A stretch of 64,000 nt of DNA from a virus. A program made the translations under genes and the position numbers. The DNA lies in the IMG/VR virus record IMGVR_UViG_3300010391_000222, positions 2,770-66,769 of that record; one strand, given 5' to 3'. Under the pieces are notes generated by a model. The model was not told the origin of the DNA. It searched no databases and saw nothing but the letters and a program-made list of their open reading frames with translations. Positions within the stretch are counted from its first letter, which is position 1. Every line of letters starts with the position of its first letter. Below, piece by piece: positions 39,172 through 48,731 of the stretch.

Positions 39172-39453
39172 TTACGGAGTATCATCATTGTTTTTTTCCT
39201 GTAAAATATCGGGCGGTTGAAATCCAAATAATTTAGGCAATTCTCCTTTAGATATCTTATTATCTTGAATAGTAAGCGATTGAATATAAAAATCCATACC
39301 TTGCGCTAGTCCTTGTAAACGGCCAACATTCACCATAACTATAGATTCGTCGCGCGGGCTTAAACTTCTTATTGAAGTTAATTCATCGGCAATTTTCATT
39401 ATTGAAGATTGATAATTTTTTACTATTGTTGTAACTGTTGGTAATTCATCCAT
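39172..39453 (-). CDS. Hypothetical protein
   Basis: 93 aa. Confidence 0.45.
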   Translation of the reverse strand: MDELPTVTTIVKNYQSSIMKIADELTSIRSLSPRDESIVMVNVGRLQGLAQGMDFYIQSLTIQDNKISKGELPKLFGFQPPDILQEKNNDDTP

Positions 39454-40304
39454 TTTCTTGGCTCTTTAACTAACTTTGTAAACCAAACTTTATCATGAGC
39501 ATATTGATTCTCAATTAGGCCCTTGCCTTCATTACAATCCTTCCAGCAAAGTTCTTTGAAATCACAGTATGTACATAACTTATTAAGGATCATATTCCCA
39601 GACTTACCTAAAGACTTGGGAGCATAGCATTTTTCGGGAGGAGGTTCTTCATGTTCAAGTGAAATTCTTGCATTTTCTATTTTTAGATTTATGTCGGGAA
39701 TATCGTATTGAGTATCGAGAAGTAAACTACAAAGTTCTCCATTTTCTTTATTGATTACGACAAATCCTCCTTTATCGTCGTTATCTTGCTGCATGTACAG
39801 ACCAAGTTGATATTTATAACCAAAAGGATCGGAATCATCTTCATTAAGTAAAAAACTTCCGTTAGCAAATTTTTTATAAGAAAATCCAGAAGCACTTTTT
39901 ATTTCTACCACTACTCCGTCAATACGTGCATCTTTCTTTCCAGGAACACCATCTACTTCTACTCGTGCTTGTTCTTCTGTAACGGAATGTCCTGTTTCTT
40001 TTGCAAGGAACAAGACAAGTTCTTCTAAGATATTGCCATAAAGAAATCTGATACGATCAGACCCACTAAGTTTCTTATCTCCTTCTGTAGATTTAATCGT
40101 ATACCAAAGGCGTCTAGGTGGGAGACCAAAGTTCGAGGCTACTAACTTTTTTTCCTTATTAGACCTTGATCTCCTACCTAGTGCATCTCTGAAAATATCT
40201 CCTAGATTTTCTAGGAACTGACTAAGATTATCCTCAGAGAATTCTTTGTCCTGATTTTCAAGATATGTATAAATATCAGGGATTAAATCCTTAAACTTAG
40301 CCAT
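39423..40304 (-). CDS. PD-(D/E)xK (Cas4-like) exonuclease
   Basis: RRLWY, FLYGNILEE, GKKDARIDG..EIKSAS, DPFGYKYQLGLY, CTYCDFKELCW. Confidence 0.8.
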   Translation of the reverse strand: MAKFKDLIPDIYTYLENQDKEFSEDNLSQFLENLGDIFRDALGRRSRSNKEKKLVASNFGLPPRRLWYTIKSTEGDKKLSGSDRIRFLYGNILEELVLFLAKETGHSVTEEQARVEVDGVPGKKDARIDGVVVEIKSASGFSYKKFANGSFLLNEDDSDPFGYKYQLGLYMQQDNDDKGGFVVINKENGELCSLLLDTQYDIPDINLKIENARISLEHEEPPPEKCYAPKSLGKSGNMILNKLCTYCDFKELCWKDCNEGKGLIENQYAHDKVWFTKLVKEPRKWMNYQQLQQ

Positions 40305-40310
40305 TTAGGT

Positions 40311-40670
40311 CTATAGTTTTTCTCGTATAAATTTAGCAATTTCTTTGAATGTATGTCTAGTCTCAGGTCCAGTACCATCGTTCAATTGAATTAACTTACT
40401 TTGAGTTTCTTCAGTAAGACCATATTTCTTTAAAAGTCTTTCGCTTAAATCTCCTTGTTCATTATCAATAGAATATTGAAGATCGTCTTTACTATAAATC
40501 ATTGTTTCATTAGGATCAATAGTGCAAAGCACTCCTAGACAACAAAACTTTGCATGATTTCCCTTATAACCAGGCACTCTCAAGGCTCCTGTACCTTGTC
40601 TAAACTTACCAGATTCCAGTGCTGTTATCCATTTCTTTTTCCAAGTAGGATTCATTTTCTTCCAAGCCAT
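40311..40670 (-). CDS. Conserved phage hypothetical protein
   Basis: KWITALESGKFRQG..L..FCCLGVLC..LND..TFKEIA pattern. Confidence 0.7.
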   Translation of the reverse strand: MAWKKMNPTWKKKWITALESGKFRQGTGALRVPGYKGNHAKFCCLGVLCTIDPNETMIYSKDDLQYSIDNEQGDLSERLLKKYGLTEETQSKLIQLNDGTGPETRHTFKEIAKFIREKL

Positions 40671-40720
40671 TTAATCATACTCCTTGGCTATATAAAATCT
40701 AGGATCATTCCTAGTAAATA

Positions 40721-40796
40721 TTCCCTAGATATGTATATAGAGGTCTAGACTACTCGTCAAATTAAAGTGTCGGTTCTATATAACATACCTAGGGAA
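40721..40796 (-). other. Long intergenic stem-loop (possible RNase III processing site)
   Basis: Arms ttccctagatatgtatataga / tctatataacatacctagggaa; the A/C mismatch becomes G-U on the - strand. Confidence 0.5.
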
Positions 40797-40800
40797 ACTC

Positions 40801-41331
40801 TTACGCTACAGGTTCTTCTACTTGACCACCAGGAACTACAAAGCCTCCCGGTACTGCAGCAAGATAGTCCCCCTTGCGTGCTAATTCAGCCTCTGTCGGT
40901 ACATATCTTACAAGTTCAAGTACCTGGATTTCCTGAAGAATAGGAGTAACTTCTCCTTCTCCATAGGCCCAGGGCAAGAATCTTACTCGTACCTTTGATC
41001 CATTACCTACAAGAATAGAAGGCGGTATTACATTCCTTTGAGAATCAATTACACGGGGGGGTTCACGACCATCTGCGACTTTGCTCTTGATTTGGACATA
41101 AGGTCCCTTGAACTTATCATCTGGACCCTTTGGTTTCTTAATATTTAATCCAAAACTTTGAGCCTTCTTCAATTGTTCCGGTGTATCAAGGACCAAATCA
41201 ATCTTATAAGCAGGAAGAATTCGATGTTTTGGATTGCCTTTGTCTGGTCTGTGAATAAAAGTATACATTGCAGAACCCTCAAGGACTTCAAATTTAATTG
41301 GTTCTTTCTTAATTGTTGCTTCATTTACCAT
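40801..41331 (-). CDS. ssDNA-binding protein (T7 gp2.5-like)
   Basis: PRVIDSQ..LVGNGSKVRV..EIQVLELVRY; located in the replication module. Confidence 0.75.
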   Translation of the reverse strand: MVNEATIKKEPIKFEVLEGSAMYTFIHRPDKGNPKHRILPAYKIDLVLDTPEQLKKAQSFGLNIKKPKGPDDKFKGPYVQIKSKVADGREPPRVIDSQRNVIPPSILVGNGSKVRVRFLPWAYGEGEVTPILQEIQVLELVRYVPTEAELARKGDYLAAVPGGFVVPGGQVEEPVA

Positions 41332-41387
41332 AGATTATTACGCTTATTTTCCTTTCGTGAGTTACATACTACTGTACGTCGCACTCA

Positions 41388-41618
41388 TTACACTACGTCA
41401 CTTAGTAGATTTTCCAATGCTTCTTTCAATGAAGCAAAGACATATCCTTTATTAGCCTGAAATGGAGGTCTTGCTCCATCGTTTACTACAAATATTTTAT
41501 TAACCACCGCACCATTTTCTACTTGTTGGCAATTAAATCCTACTAAAGTTACAGTAGAAGTGCCTTGAGGTACTAACAATTCTGCCAATTCTTCTCTTCT
41601 CCTTCCTAATAATTTCAT
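41388..41618 (-). CDS. Hypothetical protein
   Basis: 76 aa between polymerase and SSB. Confidence 0.5.
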   Translation of the reverse strand: MKLLGRRREELAELLVPQGTSTVTLVGFNCQQVENGAVVNKIFVVNDGARPPFQANKGYVFASLKEALENLLSDVV

Positions 41619-41627
41619 TAGTATATA

Positions 41628-43547
41628 CTAATGCACATGTGCCCACGATGCTCCTTGTCTCCGTTGTGCAGCAAGAGGACACTTAGATTGTAATATTTCT
41701 CCAGCATCTATTATGGCTTGCGCCATTGTACTTCCTACATGCTCAGCGTAATCTTTTTTAGTTTCTGTAAGAAATTCATCATGAATTATAAGTCTTTGTT
41801 TAAACCAAATATTTTCATCTTTGAGTTTCTTATGATATAAAACCATTGCTGTTTTCATTATTATTGCTTCAAAGGATTGAAGTATGACCGACATTGCTTT
41901 ATGAGGCTTATCTTTGTCCAATCCAATAAATCTACCATCAAGAGCTATAGTATATCCTCTTTCTACTTCATTGTCAAGTCTTTCTTTTAATTTTCTTATA
42001 AAAGGAAATCTTTTGTAAAAGATATCAAGGAGATAACGTCCTTTTTCTATATCGCCAGATCCTAGAACAGTAGCTAATTTACGTGCCCCTGCTCCCATTA
42101 AGAAGGCATAGATGAAGGTTTTTGCAACAGCCCGCGTACAAGTAAGAACGTCAGAATGAACTTTATGAGGATCAATTGAAGAATCAGATACCAATCGTAT
42201 ATAATCAATGTTATTACCATAATGAGCAAGAGCACGAAGCTGAATTCCAGAAGCATCAACATCCACCAAACAATTATTTCTTTTATCTTCCAATGAGAAT
42301 AAATCCCTACATTCCCAACCATAATTGCCTTGTTCTCCTTTTATAGGATTTCCTGTTAATTTATCTATTTCTATCCTAGGTATATTCTGAAGATTAGGGC
42401 TATTAGAAGAGAAACGATGAGTACTAGCCCCAAGAATATTAATATACCCGTGTATGTATCCTTGATCATCCATCAACTCCAATAATTGATTTACAGTGGT
42501 TTCTCGATTTCGTATAATTAAGTACTTACTTAATAGATGAGCTTCTTTAGGAGCATCACTAGGAAGATTCTTTAAAGAATCTTCAGTAAGCTTAGGCGCA
42601 CCTTTAGGAGTAAGCTCTGTGGGCTTCCATCCTAATTTAAGTAATTGGTTAACTCTTTGAATAGGAGAAGAAGGATTAAAAGATTCAAACTCAATAAGAG
42701 TGTAAGGCCCACTAACCAAAAGAGGATTAACTTTAGAGCCGAGGGTTCTTTTATGGTATTCACCTAATTTAGTCTCCTTTGGATTATATTCTCTAATAAG
42801 TTTTGCTCTTGGTAAAAACCTTTGTTGCATTTCTAGTTCTAATGCATCTGCTCTAGTTTTACAAATAGTGTACAACGCAAGTGCTTTTTCTTTGTCTATA
42901 AAAATACCATTGCGTTGTTGTTCAGAAATTAATCTTTGTACTTGATGTTCAAGTTCTATGGACTTAAGAGAAAACCCCCGAAGTTCTTTAGTTCTGAGAT
43001 GATCATAAAGAGCTTCTTGTATCAAGACATCTTGAATACATCGGTCTACCATGATAGGATCAAAGTGTTCCCATTGTTCTTCACTTATTTGTATCTTTGA
43101 TAATCCTAGTCTCTGCCCCCAAGCTTCCACTGAATGTCCTTCTTTTCTTTTTGGTGAAGCCAAACGAGACAAGATGTAAGTATCCCTAATATCCACCCTA
43201 TGATCATCGAATAGAGATACTCCCAAGAGTTTATCAATCCAGTATAGGTCAAAATCAATGCCGTTATGCAATACATAACGAACATTAAAAGTATTCCTGC
43301 CGTCAGATACATTGTTTTGCTCCTCAGTTGCGATTGCATTGCAATCGACTACAAATTCCTTGAATTTACTTATGGATGCGATGGTGGATTGCTGTAATAC
43401 CAAGCTATTAGTATTAGTATAAACAACATAATGAATATCGTTGATAAAGACATACCACTTATCCTTTTTAAATTCCTTAAGAACTATACACCAGAATTTA
43501 TCTGGCTTAAGTCCATTGGTTTCTGTATCTACAATAAATATTCTCAT
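41628..43547 (-). CDS. polA: Family A DNA polymerase with 3'-5' exonuclease (T7 gp5-like)
   Basis: DTETNG ExoI, HNGIDFD ExoII, PNLQNIP, DASGIQLR motif A, RAVAKTFIYAFLMG motif B, IHDE motif C. Confidence 0.95.
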   Translation of the reverse strand: MRIFIVDTETNGLKPDKFWCIVLKEFKKDKWYVFINDIHYVVYTNTNSLVLQQSTIASISKFKEFVVDCNAIATEEQNNVSDGRNTFNVRYVLHNGIDFDLYWIDKLLGVSLFDDHRVDIRDTYILSRLASPKRKEGHSVEAWGQRLGLSKIQISEEQWEHFDPIMVDRCIQDVLIQEALYDHLRTKELRGFSLKSIELEHQVQRLISEQQRNGIFIDKEKALALYTICKTRADALELEMQQRFLPRAKLIREYNPKETKLGEYHKRTLGSKVNPLLVSGPYTLIEFESFNPSSPIQRVNQLLKLGWKPTELTPKGAPKLTEDSLKNLPSDAPKEAHLLSKYLIIRNRETTVNQLLELMDDQGYIHGYINILGASTHRFSSNSPNLQNIPRIEIDKLTGNPIKGEQGNYGWECRDLFSLEDKRNNCLVDVDASGIQLRALAHYGNNIDYIRLVSDSSIDPHKVHSDVLTCTRAVAKTFIYAFLMGAGARKLATVLGSGDIEKGRYLLDIFYKRFPFIRKLKERLDNEVERGYTIALDGRFIGLDKDKPHKAMSVILQSFEAIIMKTAMVLYHKKLKDENIWFKQRLIIHDEFLTETKKDYAEHVGSTMAQAIIDAGEILQSKCPLAAQRRQGASWAHVH

Positions 43548-43732
43548 TCAACAATTACATTACGTATTTCTCTTATTTCATAAGTTGATCCTGGTATAGG
43601 TTCTTGTTTTTCAATAAAACGATTTGCTACATTTTTATAACGGAAGGTTTTTAACATTGTTGCATCTCCTGTAATAATTACTAACCATACTTGATACATT
43701 ATATAATTAAACTTCTTACGATTCTTTGCCAT
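43544..43732 (-). CDS. Hypothetical protein
   Basis: 62 aa, AGGAG RBS, coupled to the polymerase. Confidence 0.55.
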   Translation of the reverse strand: MAKNRKKFNYIMYQVWLVIITGDATMLKTFRYKNVANRFIEKQEPIPGSTYEIREIRNVIVE

Positions 43733-43741
43733 AATATTCTC

Positions 43742-44818
43742 CTAGGCTGCTGCCTTTGTTTTCTTCATGTTCATCTCTGTACATACTTGTTTATTTAGAA
43801 AATCATAAAATCCTCCATTATGTCCTTCTGGAAGATTACACCAATGAGTAAGTGGGTCTTCCTTAAACCAATGTTCTATTCCTTTTTCTATGAAATAATG
43901 AAATTCTTTTATATTACTAGAAGTAATAGGATATCTTCCTGTAACATCATTAGGTGTTACTTCCATTAATAGATCCTTGATTTTATTAAAATTGCTCATT
44001 GCAAGATCAAAGTCATTATTATTTATTGCTTCAATGATGTCAATCTTACGTATCTTTGAAACAAAAGCTTCGTAATAATCTTCCTTTGTATCTGCTACTA
44101 GTTGTACTACTTCTCTTGCTAGTCCGGTCACAAGTGACATAAGAGGATATGAAGTTAACCAAAAGTTAGAAAGAGTTCTATACTCTAGTCCGTGATTAGG
44201 AGTTCTATATTCTCCGGCTTGTCCATAGACCTTGCGACGTTCTATATTTCCCCAATCTCGATCTATTAGGACACAAGTATTCCCTAGTATTATATCTAGC
44301 ATAAAAATTGTTTTTTCTGGGCATTCCAATGCTTTATTAATCGAAGGACTGTCTTCATTTCTTCCCAAATGAATATGTCCTCCTGCGCTTCTATATTTAT
44401 ATGTATCTGGATTAATTGTAATTTTAGCTTCTGCATTATAAGTATTTTTAGAAGGACTACAACCAAGTTTACGAGATTTCTCGTCAAGAGCTTCTAATTC
44501 TTTCTTTGTAAACTTAATTGTCTGAGAAAAATCAGGTTTTATTCCTTGTATTTTGCTATTTTTTATAGCCAATGTATCTCTTAATTTTCTAAAACAATGT
44601 GATATTTCATTAGCAAGATTAGCTCTACAGGTATCCGGTCTAGGATTTAGCTCTGCCTGTACTCCATCAATTGTAAATTTACTAGCATAAATACTTCCTG
44701 CTTTTAGTCCTTCTTGCGGTAAAATATCTTTTGCTTCTATAATTTTACCTTCATTGGTACGAAAAAAGAATTCTGGATCGCACCCAATAGAAAAACTTTG
44801 GTCCATTACCTTTCGCAT
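43742..44818 (-). CDS. phiEco32-like COOH-NH2 ligase type 2
   Basis: SIGCDPEFF, DGVQAELN, LGCSPS, AGGHIHLG, RR.VYGQAGEYR, GLEYRTLSNFW. Confidence 0.85.
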   Translation of the reverse strand: MRKVMDQSFSIGCDPEFFFRTNEGKIIEAKDILPQEGLKAGSIYASKFTIDGVQAELNPRPDTCRANLANEISHCFRKLRDTLAIKNSKIQGIKPDFSQTIKFTKKELEALDEKSRKLGCSPSKNTYNAEAKITINPDTYKYRSAGGHIHLGRNEDSPSINKALECPEKTIFMLDIILGNTCVLIDRDWGNIERRKVYGQAGEYRTPNHGLEYRTLSNFWLTSYPLMSLVTGLAREVVQLVADTKEDYYEAFVSKIRKIDIIEAINNNDFDLAMSNFNKIKDLLMEVTPNDVTGRYPITSSNIKEFHYFIEKGIEHWFKEDPLTHWCNLPEGHNGGFYDFLNKQVCTEMNMKKTKAAA

Positions 44819-44871
44819 TGTAGTATATCATCCTTAGTTACATCCTTTGTTAATGATTAAACCAAGAAACC

Positions 44872-46668
44872 TCATGCTTCCTGGAGTATTTTACCTTCTG
44901 GGTCTAATACTTTCATTTGTTCTTCCATCGTAATTAATCTTTGAACTTCTGCATAACTTTCTATTTCTTTGAGTCTTCCGCTTTGTTTATTCCATAAGAC
45001 ATAACATGCCGGTCCCGTTTCTCCTGTAAATCTATTTTTGAGTATTCTAATAGTTGTGACGTTGCGTTCAACTTGGTTTTCAGCTTGTCCATTGCGTTCA
45101 AGACCAATAACAATGTCTGCCAATTGACCAATGCCAGCGGAACCCCTAAGCTGACTAAGGCTCGTAACGCCACCTTCTTCGTGGGGAATTGAGTCATTGC
45201 TTCTCCTTAAATGACTTACTACAAATAGACATATGTCTAATTCCTGAACCAAGGTTCTTAGCTTGGTCATAATCTGATCTAGAGCCTTGCGCTCATCTCC
45301 GTGAGAGCCATCAGAAATAATAATAGATATGTGATCAAGGAAAATATAACGAGCACCAAAGTTTGTGGCGATAAATCGTACTTGATTGCATACTGTATCG
45401 ATATCATTGCTACCAAAATGATCCCAAAAAATCCAGCGATCATTATCAAATAGGACATTCCAAGCATCGGTTCTTTTTCCTTGTTCTACTACATTCTCTG
45501 GAAATCTAAGATTAATACCTAGTTCCATGCCTACAAAATCTTTTACTGTTCTTCGTAGAGATTCTTCCAGAAACATACATCCTATTTTTTCTTGAGGCAA
45601 TATTTTATATAAATGATAGGCAAGCTCTTTTATAGTAGCAGATTTACCTACGCCGGAGCCAGAAGAAAGTACAATAAGCTCGCTAGTCCTAATGCCATGC
45701 AGAACTTCTTGAAGTCCGTTCCAAGGATAAGGAACACTTTGAGAATTATCTTCTGCCAGAAAAATGTCAAGAGTATTTTTACCTTGAACAAGACCTTCTG
45801 GAGTAAATGGCTCTGCTCTCCACCATTCTCTAATAAAGAGTTGTAGATACTCCTGAGACTCGTCTAGTTTACCCTGGGATTCTACTTCTCTTATCTTTTC
45901 CAAATATTCATTTGCATCTTTACCCTGACTAAGCTTTACTATTCTTACCTTGTTCTTAGGAAAACTTGTAGAAAATCTTTCAGCAGCCTTTCGCCCAGGA
46001 ACATCATTATCACCACAAAAGATTATATTATCGAAAGAATTAAGATACTTATAATCTTCCTGGGTTAATTTGCTTTCTGCTCCGCTCTTGAGCGAGACAC
46101 AAGCGTATTTACTACCGGTCAATTCATAGACGCTCATTGCATCATATTCACCTTCGGTAATAGTAATATACTTACCACCCTGAGGAAATATTTGATGCCC
46201 AAATAAACCGCTTTGTTGAAATCCTTTATATGTCTTATGACGTACTACATGCGATTTATCGGGATAACGTACTTTGGTAGCCATAAGTTTATTATCATAA
46301 TTAAAATAATTGAATAAAATATTTCCATCAAGGTCTTTACGAACTTGGTACAGGTCTAATGTAGAAACATTGAGTCCACGAAAAGACTCAGAGAATTTTA
46401 CTTGTTTTTCAGATACCAAGTTCTCCTGTAAAGACAAGTCAGAATTAATGATTTCATCTAGCTCAGTAATAGAAGCTCCTAATGCTTTATAAGCTTTTCC
46501 GCATGAATAGCATTTATAAAATCTAGACTTATCTATGGGATTTTCATATAGTGTAACAGCATCTGAACTTCCACAACCATTTATTTTACAAGCAAGTCTA
46601 CCTTTTATTGGTATATTTCCACGATATTCTTGAGAAGTGTCTTCTATATTTAATCCGAATGTTGTCAT
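44872..46668 (-). CDS. Primase-helicase (T7 gp4-like)
   Basis: Zn finger (C..GCGSSDA..CYSC), TOPRIM ITEGEYDAM and DND, Walker A GSGVGKS, LDHISI, LRGSAGIGQLAD, KNRFTGETG. Confidence 0.93.
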   Translation of the reverse strand: MTTFGLNIEDTSQEYRGNIPIKGRLACKINGCGSSDAVTLYENPIDKSRFYKCYSCGKAYKALGASITELDEIINSDLSLQENLVSEKQVKFSESFRGLNVSTLDLYQVRKDLDGNILFNYFNYDNKLMATKVRYPDKSHVVRHKTYKGFQQSGLFGHQIFPQGGKYITITEGEYDAMSVYELTGSKYACVSLKSGAESKLTQEDYKYLNSFDNIIFCGDNDVPGRKAAERFSTSFPKNKVRIVKLSQGKDANEYLEKIREVESQGKLDESQEYLQLFIREWWRAEPFTPEGLVQGKNTLDIFLAEDNSQSVPYPWNGLQEVLHGIRTSELIVLSSGSGVGKSATIKELAYHLYKILPQEKIGCMFLEESLRRTVKDFVGMELGINLRFPENVVEQGKRTDAWNVLFDNDRWIFWDHFGSNDIDTVCNQVRFIATNFGARYIFLDHISIIISDGSHGDERKALDQIMTKLRTLVQELDICLFVVSHLRRSNDSIPHEEGGVTSLSQLRGSAGIGQLADIVIGLERNGQAENQVERNVTTIRILKNRFTGETGPACYVLWNKQSGRLKEIESYAEVQRLITMEEQMKVLDPEGKILQEA

Positions 46669-47180
46669 GATTTATCTTGTAAATTTTTATAAAACAAATA
46701 CAACCTTTCAATTTGTTCAAATGTTAAATTACTTTTACACATATTAGCTTTATAAGAAATAAATGCAATATTTCCTTTTATATATCCTTTAGAATTATCT
46801 ATTCTATCAATAGATAGAGAATGTAATCTATTTTTATTTCTAATTTTCATTTCATATCCTAGTATAGGACAATGTGTAGGTATATTTTTAAAATCATTTA
46901 AAGTTAAATTAAATTTAATTTTTTGCCGTTTTGCTCTTCTTTTTGTACAAGAAAAATACCAATTTATAGGTTTCATTTTTATTTCTAGTTCATAAAATTT
47001 GTTATTTATTTTTGTTCGTTCTTCTGAAGATAAAGAATAATATTTATTTTGTGAATAATGACATTTTCTACAAGACCATCTTCTTCTATTTTGAACTTTT
47101 TTAGTGGAGTATAGGGGAAAATCTTCTATACTTTTTCTAATACTACATTTTTGACAAACTCTACTTTTGTATTGTTGCAT
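46665..47180 (-). CDS. HNH-type homing endonuclease
   Basis: CQKC..CRKC, HCPILG, SIDRIDNSKGYIKGNIAFISYKANMCK; paralog of 9552..10079; very AT-rich. Confidence 0.75.
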   Translation of the reverse strand: MQQYKSRVCQKCSIRKSIEDFPLYSTKKVQNRRRWSCRKCHYSQNKYYSLSSEERTKINNKFYELEIKMKPINWYFSCTKRRAKRQKIKFNLTLNDFKNIPTHCPILGYEMKIRNKNRLHSLSIDRIDNSKGYIKGNIAFISYKANMCKSNLTFEQIERLYLFYKNLQDKS

Positions 47181-47742
47181 TTAATTTTAATAAAACTTCT
47201 TTCTTTAATAAACAAATACGTAATGGATTATGAATTTTAAATCCGTACCAAGACCCAATTTTATCAAATAGCCCCATTTCAGTATAATAGACATACATAA
47301 TTGAATACGAATCACACTTGCACCCTACAGCAGTCTTATAATCGAGCCAGTGGCAAAACTCATGGATTATTATACCTTTCCATCTAGACTTAGACCAATC
47401 AAAGTCATCTCTAAATATCATTAAACCACCAGGAGGTATATTCTTGATCCAAGATAATTTGGGATTAGACCTATAAAATCCTGGGTAAAATTTATTAATA
47501 GTAAGTGCTTCTGTATCTAATACTTGAAGTTCAGAAGAGAATTCCATATAACGTATTTCAGGATCATATACTCCTGCAAAAGATATTCCTTGTATATGAT
47601 CTTCCAAGTAATCCTTGACCCATTGAATATTCTCATGAGTTAATCTCTCATTTGCTCTGGGGAATCCCATCAAGAACAAGAAATAGAAGAATACAAGACT
47701 TATTAGGAATACTAACCATGTAATGATTCTATGTCTGATCAT
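47161..47742 (-). CDS. Membrane-anchored HExxH (zincin-like) protein
   Basis: N-terminal hydrophobic helix; IIIHEFCHWLD. Confidence 0.55.
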   Translation of the reverse strand: MIRHRIITWLVFLISLVFFYFLFLMGFPRANERLTHENIQWVKDYLEDHIQGISFAGVYDPEIRYMEFSSELQVLDTEALTINKFYPGFYRSNPKLSWIKNIPPGGLMIFRDDFDWSKSRWKGIIIHEFCHWLDYKTAVGCKCDSYSIMYVYYTEMGLFDKIGSWYGFKIHNPLRICLLKKEVLLKLNATIQK

Positions 47743-48004
47743 TTGAATTACTCGGAAGTAAATAATGTTCTAATTTAAACTTAGTAAGTGCAAGCATTTG
47801 ATCGGTATTAATACTTGTAGGAGCACGAAGCAATTGCCTGTGACTATAGAATTCCTTGCCAGTAAATTCAGAATCATATCGACAAGATAACTTACCATTG
47901 ATATACCTAACGTAGACAGTTTTTTTCTTAGAAGTCTTGAGTATCCAAGAACAAGGAAATTCCTTGCTTGTTTGTTCTATTGAAATTAACAAGGGCATAC
48001 TCAT
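47729..48004 (-). CDS. Hypothetical protein
   Basis: 91 aa. Confidence 0.5.
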   Translation of the reverse strand: MSMPLLISIEQTSKEFPCSWILKTSKKKTVYVRYINGKLSCRYDSEFTGKEFYSHRQLLRAPTSINTDQMLALTKFKLEHYLLPSNSNDQT

Positions 48005-48174
48005 TTAGTATTTCCTAAGATTTTATTATACAAAACCAATAATTGATCATACATTTTTTCAAGTTCACAAGAACCTCCTTCTTGATCTTGCAAAGCTTGA
48101 GTTAATATTCCTAATTCTTTTTGATTAATTGTTAATATTATTTCTGAATTATTATCATGCACTTTAATATACAT
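48001..48174 (-). CDS. Small hypothetical protein missed by the ORF track
   Basis: 57 aa MYIKVHDNNSEIILTINQKEL..GNTK; ATGA-coupled to the next gene. Confidence 0.55.
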   Translation of the reverse strand: MYIKVHDNNSEIILTINQKELGILTQALQDQEGGSCELEKMYDQLLVLYNKILGNTK

Positions 48175-48259
48175 TAGAAATCTCTTTGATTAGCAAAGAA
48201 TTTAAGTGAATAATAGCCTATAAAACCTATGAATGCAGGAAAGAATAAACCAAAGAAAA

Positions 48260-48708
48260 TTAAATCATTCATCGCGGGGTTCCCTGGGCTGCCATGTGTA
48301 AAGTCGCCTGCGCTCGTTCGGCCTTGATCCGCTCCTTCCCCTCCACCAGAGCCGCAATAGAGGCGGCGGCATCAAGTGCGCGCTCGCGATTGGCGTTGGT
48401 TTGAATATTTCCGTCTGTGCCTTGGAACGCTGCGGGCAACCGCTCAGCTTCTTCCCGCAGGTGCTTCGTGAGAACCGCGAGGGCAGCGCAAGTTTTGAGC
48501 CGGAACAATTCTCGGTCTGTTTCAAGTATGTCTTCGTCATCCCACAAGACTGGGAATGAGCGAGGATAATATGTTCCAACGGTGTCAGTCCCAAGCACAT
48601 ACTTCATATTGATGTAAGTTGGGTTGGTGTTCCAAATCGCCTTCGCCATCAACTCAATCACATCGGCATTCATCGCGGGGTGTCCTTTGCAGGATGGTTT
48701 AAATCATT
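48260..48708. mobile_element. GC-rich 439-bp gene insertion bounded by 10-bp direct repeats
   Basis: ttaaatcatt at 48260-48269 and 48699-48708; interior visibly GC-rich; removing it restores a 40-codon ORF. Confidence 0.65.
48269..48673 (-). CDS. Hypothetical protein carried on the GC-rich insertion
   Basis: 134 aa, AAGGA RBS; codon usage differs from flanking genes. Confidence 0.65.
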   Translation of the reverse strand: MNADVIELMAKAIWNTNPTYINMKYVLGTDTVGTYYPRSFPVLWDDEDILETDRELFRLKTCAALAVLTKHLREEAERLPAAFQGTDGNIQTNANRERALDAAASIAALVEGKERIKAERAQATLHMAAQGTPR

Positions 48709-48731
48709 TAATTTTTGTTTTATACTTCTAT

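Noticed and set aside
39423-40304. Cas4-like gene as evidence of CRISPR-Cas
   Set aside because: A solo phage exonuclease within the replication module; no array or other cas genes
35677-46668. Inteins or introns in RNR, polymerase or helicase
   Set aside because: All three are uninterrupted and of compact, typical length
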